From positions 3,600,001 to 3,632,000 of the forward strand of contig CP001848.1 of NCBI GenBank assembly GCA_000025185.1: a DNA stretch of 32,000 nucleotides, written 5' to 3'. Of the stretch, positions 16,301 through 22,248 are shown piece by piece. The notes below the pieces were generated by a model that was given only the letters and a program-made list of their open reading frames with translations, ran no database searches and had not been told where the DNA came from. Position 1 is the stretch's first letter. Each line of letters opens with the position of its first letter. This stretch comes from Pirellula staleyi DSM 6068. GTDB lineage: Bacteria > Planctomycetota > Planctomycetia > Pirellulales > Pirellulaceae. Position numbers and translations under genes: made by a program.

Positions 16301-18059
16301 TCTCGCACCAGAGCTTCGCCACAGGAATTTGCTCTGCGCGTTTGTTGCCGGGGGCATGGTGCCGATAGAAGTCGAGCTGCGTCCAGAGGATTGAGCGCTG
16401 CGCACCTTCGGGAAGATTGTTGAAAATGCCTGGTTCGAGCAGCTTTTTGCGAATCGGTTCACCAGCAGCATGCTGCGAGCCGCGCTGCTCGATCCACATG
16501 GCGACCAGTTGATCCGACGTCACTTTTTTGAGTTCGTCGGCGGCCAAATCACCACGTGGCTTAAGTTCTTTGTTCTGCCGCGCGGAGTTGCTCCAGTTTT
16601 TCAGAACATCGCGCAGGCTTGCGAGATGGGGATGCTTACGAAGCGAATTTCCAACGAGCGCCAGATCGCTCTTAAATTCGTTATCGTCGGTGGCGCTCGA
16701 GAGGAGCCAGTCGATGGCATTGTGCGTGTGACCATCGTCGGTCGGTGAATTGGCAATCAGTTCACGCAGCACACGTTTAGCTGAGGCAATGTCCTTGAGG
16801 CGATCGCGATAGAGTTCAAGCGCCAGTACGTAGCGGAGGTAGTAAGCCTGCGGCTTGTTCTGGCCAATCGCAGCCTGAATCTTCTGCGCGGCGACGTTCC
16901 ACTGCGCAGCTTCGGTGCCGATTTCGCGAACGTAGACAGCCGCGTTGCTGTTGGTCGTCGGATCGTCGGCCAGCACTTGCTCGAAGAGCGAGATAGCGCG
17001 ACCACGGTCGCCAGCAGCAAGGTACGAGTGCGCAAGATAGCCCACCGTTTGGAATCGATCCACGCGATCGGCGTACTTTGCTGCATACTCATTGACGAGT
17101 GGTTCGAGCTCTCCCGGCTTAGCGCCGGCGTAATGCAATCGCTGAATCAGCTGGAAGTGCAGGAGCTGGCTATCCTTGATCGCGCGGGCTTGCTTCAGGC
17201 TATCGGCGGCATTGGCATGCTGGCTCAAATTGCCGTGATTTTCAGCCATTTTGATGTGGAAATCGCGAAGCGAATCGCCATTGCCACCGAGCCCCTTAGC
17301 GAGGATTTTTTGACCCATCGCGGCACTTTTGGCCCAGGCACCGATACGGCGATAGGCGTCGAACGACTGCATCCCGATATCGCGAGCAAAAGGGCCCGCT
17401 GGAAACTTGTCGAACATCGCTTCGGCTTGTTGGGCAGCGAGGTCAATCGACTCGCCGTTGCCAATCCAGAGCCAAAGATTCATCGCCTGCAGGCCATACT
17501 TAATTCCCGTTTCATTGGTTCCTTGACGGGTCCATACTGCCTGCGCTGCTTCGGCAGCTCGCTCGCGATCTTCCATCTGAGCCAGCGCGTCGGCTAGCCG
17601 AACTTCCACGGCTGCTGCCTGAGGACTGCTGGGATAGCGCGCGATGAATTGTCGACAAGCGGCAGAGAGATCTTTGTTGCGCGAAAGTGCTTCCAGACCA
17701 TCGATCAACTTGAGCATCACCTCTTGGTGGCGCGCATCGCCCGGGTGTGCCGATGCAAATTGTTGGCCTACACGGACCAGTCCAAACAATCGCGCGTCTT
17801 GATGGTAGAGATTGACGAGCTCCACCATGGCATTGGCCGCTTCAGGCGAACTGTCCTTATGCTTGCCAAGTTCCGCTTCGAGCAGCGATGCCTTTTGGCT
17901 CACCTCATCTTGCACGGGGGCCGGTTTAGTCGGCGCTGCTTGTCCCCACAGCGATGGAGCGCCACCCATGAGCGTGAGCAGCATCATTACGGGGGCCGCA
18001 GCACGGCACAACACAGTTCGAGTTATCGAAAACGTTGCAGTTGACATCGGAGTTGTCAC
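10350..18059 (-). CDS. giant (2569 aa) secreted TPR protein with a central beta-rich region carrying repeated modules and lectin-like domains
   Basis: This is a single uninterrupted ORF with a signal-like N-terminus (...AAAPVMMLLTLMGGAPSLWGQAAP). There are about 1100 aa of helical TPR-like repeats (approx nt 14650-17900). The central beta-rich region spans approx 11250-14610. The C-terminal YbgF/BamD-type TPRs cover approx 10350-11020 (YPDPKYAPRVAYLLGQFAQELSQWDEAIRSYDMILRQFPDHTLAPDAQYKLAQCYEEAGDFDQALEAYVTLAATHPKSPL...). Subdomains are described in the findings. Confidence 0.85.
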   Translation of the reverse strand: MTTPMSTATFSITRTVLCRAAAPVMMLLTLMGGAPSLWGQAAPTKPAPVQDEVSQKASLLEAELGKHKDSSPEAANAMVELVNLYHQDARLFGLVRVGQQFASAHPGDARHQEVMLKLIDGLEALSRNKDLSAACRQFIARYPSSPQAAAVEVRLADALAQMEDRERAAEAAQAVWTRQGTNETGIKYGLQAMNLWLWIGNGESIDLAAQQAEAMFDKFPAGPFARDIGMQSFDAYRRIGAWAKSAAMGQKILAKGLGGNGDSLRDFHIKMAENHGNLSQHANAADSLKQARAIKDSQLLHFQLIQRLHYAGAKPGELEPLVNEYAAKYADRVDRFQTVGYLAHSYLAAGDRGRAISLFEQVLADDPTTNSNAAVYVREIGTEAAQWNVAAQKIQAAIGQNKPQAYYLRYVLALELYRDRLKDIASAKRVLRELIANSPTDDGHTHNAIDWLLSSATDDNEFKSDLALVGNSLRKHPHLASLRDVLKNWSNSARQNKELKPRGDLAADELKKVTSDQLVAMWIEQRGSQHAAGEPIRKKLLEPGIFNNLPEGAQRSILWTQLDFYRHHAPGNKRAEQIPVAKLWCEKFPTDHQGAAYYLETTTDHGKPEEMKAAAEHFLKLPAQTAYGDHWRRLLTAAEKNNLDTDLARRSLAYILDAEKRFYRDMNSATSIGDMLFKCKLEAEAIAWWTTNMETGSGYEFRESSARILERSMGDQRSQLLQKLLAKETEFHGRFAQIIAADQLAAGDVNGFAQTLKTSIERQRKQPLRGADYDMWQFSTIIDQTRASDKLTPPQKTQILAAIRDLDVHPASASAALAILEETPIAPGARMARQLQLQRLTRIVGNEWYDWDRLAPFAQAAVVRKDFVTALTLSTGMLANIPNVDEPRKKAVRDITTQSLARLGGVGLTIDDSSPIAPLLQSALYFRLGDERLAFDTYLANKQLFDENRNELPADLLVFVCDRLIAAGGETNQDYVEEVLRGWLVKWSESMQVEDAVKAQMQLLLAKNFFKGQRFDIARSEFTTVVNRYPGTPQATEAEFGIGETFMSQKVYDQAELVFEKLARSTEVDVVVRAEFLRGVLAFRRGDRDEARDIFRAVLERVPNVELANQALFNLAEVYGAEEKYIDQLNLLRTVGRLGRASKRRHVPGLPLSIVVHDSDLGISRGHNRIPVRVTTLPGGDSETVYLTGAGAGKGLFRADIDTRLGQASTGDGVLQLTGNDTIRCDYPEEFKAEFRNVPLSDVEIRVAADARFEVASSPIVDAAQSTFSQTLEQELSEDQQDNRRSQIRPADQIKPGNLVHLRVKDPDRDLTNDPDSITIKLTADSGDQVQVKLIETAAHSGIFEGTAKTGELPAGALATDTSIDHSPLMAIDRDPKSFWMSEPDGVAPKLLTVDMKDVYATSRVRFTSPSEMRNYPVRGDLYGSQDGEFWFRLATYPQRPLAATLAQPYAEMTETVYGGNSHDYTTWQQVADLSKNARSIASQKVPTLRYVRAEGSDDSSKSFGVIWQGKLAQPRTGALRIHVSGTKTAVVVNGVEELAVGPGGRAVDLWLKSGLHDIAIFAASNQGQSAVEATIARADLTEDEVRLRAFRAADFDSSSIVATAGEKQVAPPAAIPLLASTAKFEKKTEQFGVKGEGDKAIINYWQSLDDKASWDIELPAAGLYEVLLNYAHQGAGGRFRVTVGNVSLECSVPDTGNWETFRTDRVGTLLIEAAGAQTLTITPLEIQNGGLMDLRGVALRPSKSGVVVQGPQWDFHFPETELRYVRLTTNEYRGEAVAFSNVEVFSLEPGKLYIPTQEDVLGLAENDTLEIAAGDTITATYTDEVTLNELGGSQLLTGKLQATYYNANVTAISYDFEKNAGGNVQTIRKELRRIDPGERIIFEVVDYDEDASGERDTVKFEVLVNDGAPLELVATETENNTGTFTKEIDTSLTAETGKIVVKPGDRVYLRYVDQHNTFPGHSVPRETVIDVVRPTPGIVRVLNTRVIPPPEGSKAAPQVTVIPSTENQAIAGMAFEAPLTIEVIDPDAAKDSRSSVPVIVTTTDGAQVEVMCTVSSAFAPAGAAGDDDWALDEGRFVGQVILQLGGKSSPAVVPLTTDMPRNLVGRVKVGEEGAAEERAGANLVTKVLNLTGKDIATALYVDARRPDGSSQDLSAQGRLISNGQLAVTDRDYAKPITQLHVGERIYLRVIDPDLDSSDARDVAVVEVTSQLGEKESVRLEETLAHSGIFTGSLQLKANDKPTPANLDSAEPVVETYFGDVLTIAYLDSAASTESGTLPLSVEIPVVVGTDGLIAAFSKTFSDETLAVETRFRIAESYFELFKSHKTLERDDEKKTDLEAGRRILREVMEDYPDPKYAPRVAYLLGQFAQELSQWDEAIRSYDMILRQFPDHTLAPDAQYKLAQCYEEAGDFDQALEAYVTLAATHPKSPLIPNVMIRISDYFYKAEKFDIAAQVGEKFLERFEGHQHAPRLAFRVGQCYYKSKQYATAGKSFDQFSKLFPDDALGADALFWSGESFRLGGNLREAFIRYNNCRWKYAESEAAKYARGRLALPEMLQQFEAEANSVDED
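11250..11513 (-). repeat. beta-module copy G5
   Basis: GERIYLRVIDPDLDSSDARDVAVVEVTSQLGEKESVRLEETLAHSGIFTGSLQLK...FGDVLTIAYLDSA. Confidence 0.55.
12195..12428 (-). repeat. beta-module copy G3
   Basis: GERIIFEVVDYDEDASGERDTVKFEVLVNDGAPLELVATETENNTGTFTKEIDT...KPGDRVYLRYVDQ. Confidence 0.55.
14004..14171 (-). repeat. beta-module copy G2
   Basis: GNLVHLRVKDPDRDLTNDPDSITIKLTADSGDQVQVKLIETAAHSGIFEGTAKTGE. Confidence 0.55.
14367..14606 (-). repeat. beta-module copy G1 (protein-level repeat in the giant protein)
   Basis: LSIVVHDSDLGISRGHNRIPVRVTTLPGGDSETVYLTGAGAGKGLFRADI...GVLQLTGNDTIRCDYPEEF. It follows the same pattern as the other copies: acidic D.D loop, a strand pair, a G.F motif, then a terminal ..I...Y.D/E strand. 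Confidence 0.45.
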
Positions 18060-18115
18060 CTAGCAGTCGCAGGAAAGAACAGGCATAAAACCAGCGGAAA
18101 ACAAGCAGAAAACGA

Positions 18116-20485
18116 TTAGAAGCCCGACTTCACGAGGGCGTCGGAAATCTTCTTCGCGTCGGCTGCAAGCGGGCTCTCGGGGAACTCGCTGATGAGTTGG
18201 TCGAAACGTTGTCGAGCTTCGGCCTTGCGCTCCATGCGATAGAGGCAGCGGCCGTAGTTGAACAAAATGACGTCGAGAAATTTGGCGTCAGGTTGGCTTG
18301 CGAGCACAGTTTCAAACGTGTCGACCGCGCGAGCGTAATCTTTTTGGATGTAGTAGTAGTTGGCCATCTTGGCGACCGCTTCACCAACGCGACCACTATC
18401 GGGAAACTCGTCGTACACTTTTTTGTACTCTTGAAACGCGCGATCTTGCAGCTGAGCTGCCGCGGCAGGTTCGGCCTTCGCCGACATGTCGTCGTAGCAC
18501 AAAGCCACGCCAAACTGAGCCTCCCCGCGAAGGGTGCTCGTTTGCATCGACACGAGCCGCGAGAAGATGCCGATCGCTCGTTGCAGTTCCCCTTGAGTCC
18601 GGGCGACTTCGGCCAGTTGCAGCAGCGCATCATCGACGAATCCACTCTCAGGGAACTCGGTTTGCAGACGCTGACACATCGCGGCTGCCAGGTCGAGCTT
18701 GTCCATCGCGAAGTAGATGTTCCACAGCTGCACGTAGGTCTGTTCCAGCAGACTTCCACCCAGTTTGCGAGCGTCGATGGCAATCTCGTCGCACATCGTG
18801 AGTGCCTGGTTGTACTTCTCGGTCGCTTTATCCTTGAGGCCGAATTCCTTGTAGCGATTCCCAATTTGCGTAAGGGCGTCGGCTGTCTTCAGCTGCGTTT
18901 GAATCTTCAGCTCTTGATCGGAGATTTCAGTCTTGGTGACACGTACACCACCGATGCTCCCCTCGAGACAAGCAGCTTCGGCCTGTACCTGACGAATTCC
19001 ATCGCGGCTGTGCGATTCGTCGAGATAGGTGATCCGGACAATATCTTGCGGCGCTGCTTCGAGGGTGTCATTCCCGGCAACGACTTGCTCGGCCTTCAGT
19101 AGCGGCACTGAGCCATGAAAGAGCCCGCTATGGATGGCACTATCTGTTTTCTGATCGACCGTCGGCTGTGCGGGAGCTGCAGGATCGGTGGACGAACTGA
19201 CCGTGGGTCGCTCACTCACCACCACAGCGGGAATCACTTCGTTTAAGGTGATTTCGAGCGAATCGATCAGTTTCAGTTTCGGTACTTCGAGCGCTGCGGC
19301 ATCTTCGGGAAGATCGTCGGCTGGTTTCTCAGCTGGAACCGCTGGCTGAGTTTGGGCGAGTTTGACGAGTTCTTCTTCGATCTCGACTTCCGTTTTTCGG
19401 CGATAGACTTCGACGAGCACTTTCAGCGTGTCGGACTGCGGCGAGGTATCGCGGTCGGCATCGCTCAGGCGAATGTTGACGCTCTTCCCGAGAACAACAC
19501 CGTTGACAGTTTCGGCGTAAGCACCGTCGGTAATCGCGGCATTGGCAGTTCCAACCACCAGCACATCCTTCAGGACGGGCACTTTCAGTTTTTTGTCGGC
19601 TGTATGTTCGTCGACATAAGTGACGTTCACACGATCACCGCCACGAACTTCCAGCGTGCCGTTGCCAGGAACCGGGGAACCGAGCCGCGATCCGATGGAA
19701 CCGAGCACGAGCCGGACATTTCGACCAACAGGAAAACAGTCGGCTGTTTCTTCGTCGCCACTCGTCGTTTTGCAGAGCACCTTGATCGGCTGATCGGGTT
19801 CGAGGACAGCCAGATCGGCATCTTCGATTTTCAAGAAGAGTCGCTTACCCGCTTCAAGTTTCTCCCCGGCTTCGGTATCGCTCGAGAGAGTCGTTCCGAC
19901 TTTCTCGAGAGCGGAGATGGCTCGGCTGTAGTGTCCGAGTTGAAAGTGACCGAGCCCAATGTAGTAGTACGCTTCGTTCACCTGGGGGCTGACCGGATAG
20001 TCTTCGATCACATCGCGCATGATCTGAAAGCATTTGCCATAGTTGCGAGCATGGTAGTAGCAGATGCCGAGTTTCAGGGTTGCTTCCGCGCGCTGCGCTT
20101 CATCGCGGTTCTCTTCGGCGGCCACCGATTCGAAATAGGGACGGGCTCGATCGTAGGCTCGTTCGCGATCGAGGTAGAAGTTCCCCAGTCGCAGCGAAGC
20201 TTCAAAACGATGCTTGCTGCGCGGATAACGCTCGATCACCGATTTCCAAATCTCGACCGCCTTGTCGGTTTCCTCGGCATCGAGTCGCGCGTCGCCAGCT
20301 TCGAGCAACTTACGAGCAGCCCGGTCTTCCACGAGCGAGCCCCGCGCGGGGGAGCCAGCTTCCGCTTCTTCAGCGGGCTCTTGCGCCGCGAGATGCGCTG
20401 GCGAGAGCGGAAAAGCTATGCAGAGCAGAGCAGAGGCGAGCGCGAAGAGCAGCGTACGAATTCCGAAGTTCATCGGGCGCGACAT
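18116..20485 (-). CDS. secreted TPR protein (789 aa), a smaller paralogue-like version of the giant protein architecture
   Basis: It has a signal peptide (MSRPMNFGIRTLLFALASALLCIAFPLSPAHLAAQEP). The N-terminal TPRs are YbgF-type (RYPRSKHRFEASLRLGNFYL..., DYPVSPQVNEAYYYIGLGHFQLGHYSRAISALEKV). Two central beta-modules follow, then C-terminal TPRs (EFPESGFVDDALLQLAEVARTQGELQRAIGIFSRLV; EFPDSGRVGEAVAKMANYYYIQKDYARAVDTFETVL; EFPESPLAADAKKISDAL). Confidence 0.8.
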   Translation of the reverse strand: MSRPMNFGIRTLLFALASALLCIAFPLSPAHLAAQEPAEEAEAGSPARGSLVEDRAARKLLEAGDARLDAEETDKAVEIWKSVIERYPRSKHRFEASLRLGNFYLDRERAYDRARPYFESVAAEENRDEAQRAEATLKLGICYYHARNYGKCFQIMRDVIEDYPVSPQVNEAYYYIGLGHFQLGHYSRAISALEKVGTTLSSDTEAGEKLEAGKRLFLKIEDADLAVLEPDQPIKVLCKTTSGDEETADCFPVGRNVRLVLGSIGSRLGSPVPGNGTLEVRGGDRVNVTYVDEHTADKKLKVPVLKDVLVVGTANAAITDGAYAETVNGVVLGKSVNIRLSDADRDTSPQSDTLKVLVEVYRRKTEVEIEEELVKLAQTQPAVPAEKPADDLPEDAAALEVPKLKLIDSLEITLNEVIPAVVVSERPTVSSSTDPAAPAQPTVDQKTDSAIHSGLFHGSVPLLKAEQVVAGNDTLEAAPQDIVRITYLDESHSRDGIRQVQAEAACLEGSIGGVRVTKTEISDQELKIQTQLKTADALTQIGNRYKEFGLKDKATEKYNQALTMCDEIAIDARKLGGSLLEQTYVQLWNIYFAMDKLDLAAAMCQRLQTEFPESGFVDDALLQLAEVARTQGELQRAIGIFSRLVSMQTSTLRGEAQFGVALCYDDMSAKAEPAAAAQLQDRAFQEYKKVYDEFPDSGRVGEAVAKMANYYYIQKDYARAVDTFETVLASQPDAKFLDVILFNYGRCLYRMERKAEARQRFDQLISEFPESPLAADAKKISDALVKSGF
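19010..19489 (-). repeat. beta-module copy S2 (in the 789-aa protein, with a long insert)
   Basis: GKSVNIRLSDADRDTSPQSDTLKVLVEVYRRK...(about 90-aa Pro/Ala/Glu-rich insert)...SAIHSGLFHGSVPL...DIVRITYLDESH. Confidence 0.5.
19604..19849 (-). repeat. beta-module copy S1 (in the 789-aa protein)
   Basis: GKRLFLKIEDADLAVLEPDQPIKVLCKTTSGDEETADCFPVGRN...LEVRGGDRVNVTYVDEH. Confidence 0.45.
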
Positions 20486-20532
20486 CGGATGGGCCTTGCG
20501 TCGTTAGATAGGAAAAGAAGGAGAGGCAGGCG

Positions 20533-20562
20533 TTTGAAGCATGGCATCGTGCTGGCTTCAAA
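20533..20562 (-). promoter_or_regulatory. perfect 8-bp-stem hairpin in the probable 5' leader of the cluster
   Basis: tttgaagc(20533-20540) pairs with gcttcaaa(20555-20562) around a 14-nt loop. It lies 48-77 nt upstream of ATG 20485 on the minus strand. Function unknown. Confidence 0.25.
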
Positions 20563-20785
20563 GTTGCCACTCGCGGTGGACAAGTGGGCCGAGGGATGCC
20601 TGCAGGCAAACATCCACTATGGCTCAAGTTCGCGGAGCGTCAAACACACGCGATCCATCCGCGATGGTCCAAAAGCTCCGATGCATCGAATAACCGTTAC
20701 GACCGGTCCGCTAGACCGAACTTCGTGTGGTTTCAACAGTAAGAATAGATGGCCGGAGAGGCGGGTTTCGTTACAGGAGGATGCT

Positions 20786-20810
20786 CTGCAGGTCGCGGTC
20801 GCACCTGCAG
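20786..20810 (-). promoter_or_regulatory. perfect 8-bp palindromic stem-loop about 100 nt downstream of the DUF1501 stop
   Basis: ctgcaggt(20786-20793) pairs with acctgcag(20803-20810) around a 9-nt loop, cgcggtcgc. No U-tract follows on the minus strand, so it is not a classical intrinsic terminator. Confidence 0.25.
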
Positions 20811-20911
20811 ATGCAGCATCGTTTTCGAAGGAATAGAAGCGGGCGAGGTCCATCGTCGCTTGGTCGAGCGGAAGCGATGGACCTCTGGTTGGTTGTTGGC
20901 TGTTGAGGCCA

Positions 20912-22171
20912 TTACGCGAACAGTTCGTCGATCTTTTTGCCTTGATCCACGAGTCGCATTGGGCGCTCAAGTGGGGTCATCACTTCCTTGTCGGGGTCGA
21001 TGCCGAGGGCATGACAGATCGATGCGTGGAGGTCTTGCACCTTCACGGGACGATCCTTGGGTTCGGCACCATCTTCATCCGACGAACCGATGACTTGACC
21101 ACCACGAATACCACCACCAGCCATGAAGCAGCTGAAGACATTGGCCCAGTGATCGCGCCCCGCATCTTTGTTGATGCGTGGGGTCCGACCAAATTCGCTG
21201 AGCATGATCACCATCGTTTTCTCGAGCATGCCACTGGCAGCGAGGTCTTCAATCAGCGAGCCGAGACCTGGATCCATCACTTCGCCATGATCGCGCATCG
21301 CGGGGAAGTTGTTGGAGTGCGTGTCGAAACCACCACGATTGATTTGTACGAAGCGAACACCCTTTTCGACCAGTCGCTTGGCCAGAAGTGCGCCACGACC
21401 AAACGGAGTATTGCCGTAGCGATCGATCGTCTCTTTCGGAACCTTCCCGAGTTCGAACGCCTCGAGGGCTGGGCTCCGCATCAGACGGACAGCATCGTCG
21501 ATCGAGGTCTGAGCGCTGCTCAAGCGTTCGTCGGTGCTACTACCATTGAAGCGGGCATTGAATTTCGCGAGTGTTTCGAGCCGCTTATTGCCGCGCTCGT
21601 TCACAATCCCTTCCGGGAAGGCCAAGTAGGGATCTTTGTCGCCCGGACTGGGGACGAAATAAGCTTCGCACTTCTGACCCAGATAGCCAGCCCGTGGAGC
21701 CATGCCACTGATCGAAATGTAAGCTGGCAAATCGCCGAGCGGGGGAAGCTCGTGAGCTGCCACTGAACCCATGCCTGGGTGAACAAGGTTCGGACCAGGC
21801 AGGTAGCTGGTTTGAAGGTTGTACGACGCCCGTCCGTGATCGCCTTGCGTTCCGGCGATCGAGCGAATCAGCGTGGCGTGCTTCATTTGCGAAGCCACTT
21901 TGGGAAAGGCTTCAGAGATTTCGATGCCACTCACCGATGTCTTGATCGGGGCCAGTTCGCCACCGGTGGGACGCCCTGGCTTGGGATCCCAGGTATCGAT
22001 GTGCGACATACCACCGCCGTTCCAGAACAGAATCACATGTTCGCATTTGGCGGCGTGGCTCTTGCCCGACATTGCGAGGAGCTGATGCACATTCATGCCC
22101 AGCAGGGAGGCTCCGCCAGCGGCCATCAAGGCGCGGCGCGTCATGTGATAATCACGGCAGCCAGTGGACAT
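20912..22171 (-). CDS. DUF1501 domain protein (sulfatase/alkaline-phosphatase-like fold) with a Tat-type signal
   Basis: The ORF is 419 aa. The N-terminus MTRRALMAAGGASLLG carries a twin-arginine motif. ILFWNGGGMSHIDTWDPKP, ...FDTHSNNF..., ...MLSEFGRTPRIN...GRDHW... and the C-terminal ...VDQGKKIDELFA match the DUF1501 pattern I know from Planctomycetes and Verrucomicrobia. Confidence 0.85.
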   Translation of the reverse strand: MSTGCRDYHMTRRALMAAGGASLLGMNVHQLLAMSGKSHAAKCEHVILFWNGGGMSHIDTWDPKPGRPTGGELAPIKTSVSGIEISEAFPKVASQMKHATLIRSIAGTQGDHGRASYNLQTSYLPGPNLVHPGMGSVAAHELPPLGDLPAYISISGMAPRAGYLGQKCEAYFVPSPGDKDPYLAFPEGIVNERGNKRLETLAKFNARFNGSSTDERLSSAQTSIDDAVRLMRSPALEAFELGKVPKETIDRYGNTPFGRGALLAKRLVEKGVRFVQINRGGFDTHSNNFPAMRDHGEVMDPGLGSLIEDLAASGMLEKTMVIMLSEFGRTPRINKDAGRDHWANVFSCFMAGGGIRGGQVIGSSDEDGAEPKDRPVKVQDLHASICHALGIDPDKEVMTPLERPMRLVDQGKKIDELFA

Positions 22172-22248
22172 ACGAGGAACTCCTAAGGGAAATGTCGGGC
22201 AGAAGTGTGCAAGTGAACGGGAAGTGATTGGGACAAATATCGTTTGAA

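Noticed and set aside
14913-16394. Long plus-strand ORFs antisense to the big minus-strand genes: 14913..16394 (493 aa), 14040..14876, 16977..17597, 11808..12554, 18197..19102, 19352..20836 (494 aa), 20903..21766, 22228..23523 (431 aa), 23641..24483, 5414..6055 and 6304..7026.
   Set aside because: Each lies entirely opposite an ORF with clear family motifs. Their products are Arg/Gly/His/Phe-rich and low in Lys, Asn and Tyr, with no recognisable motifs. Long stop-free antisense frames are expected in GC-rich coding DNA.
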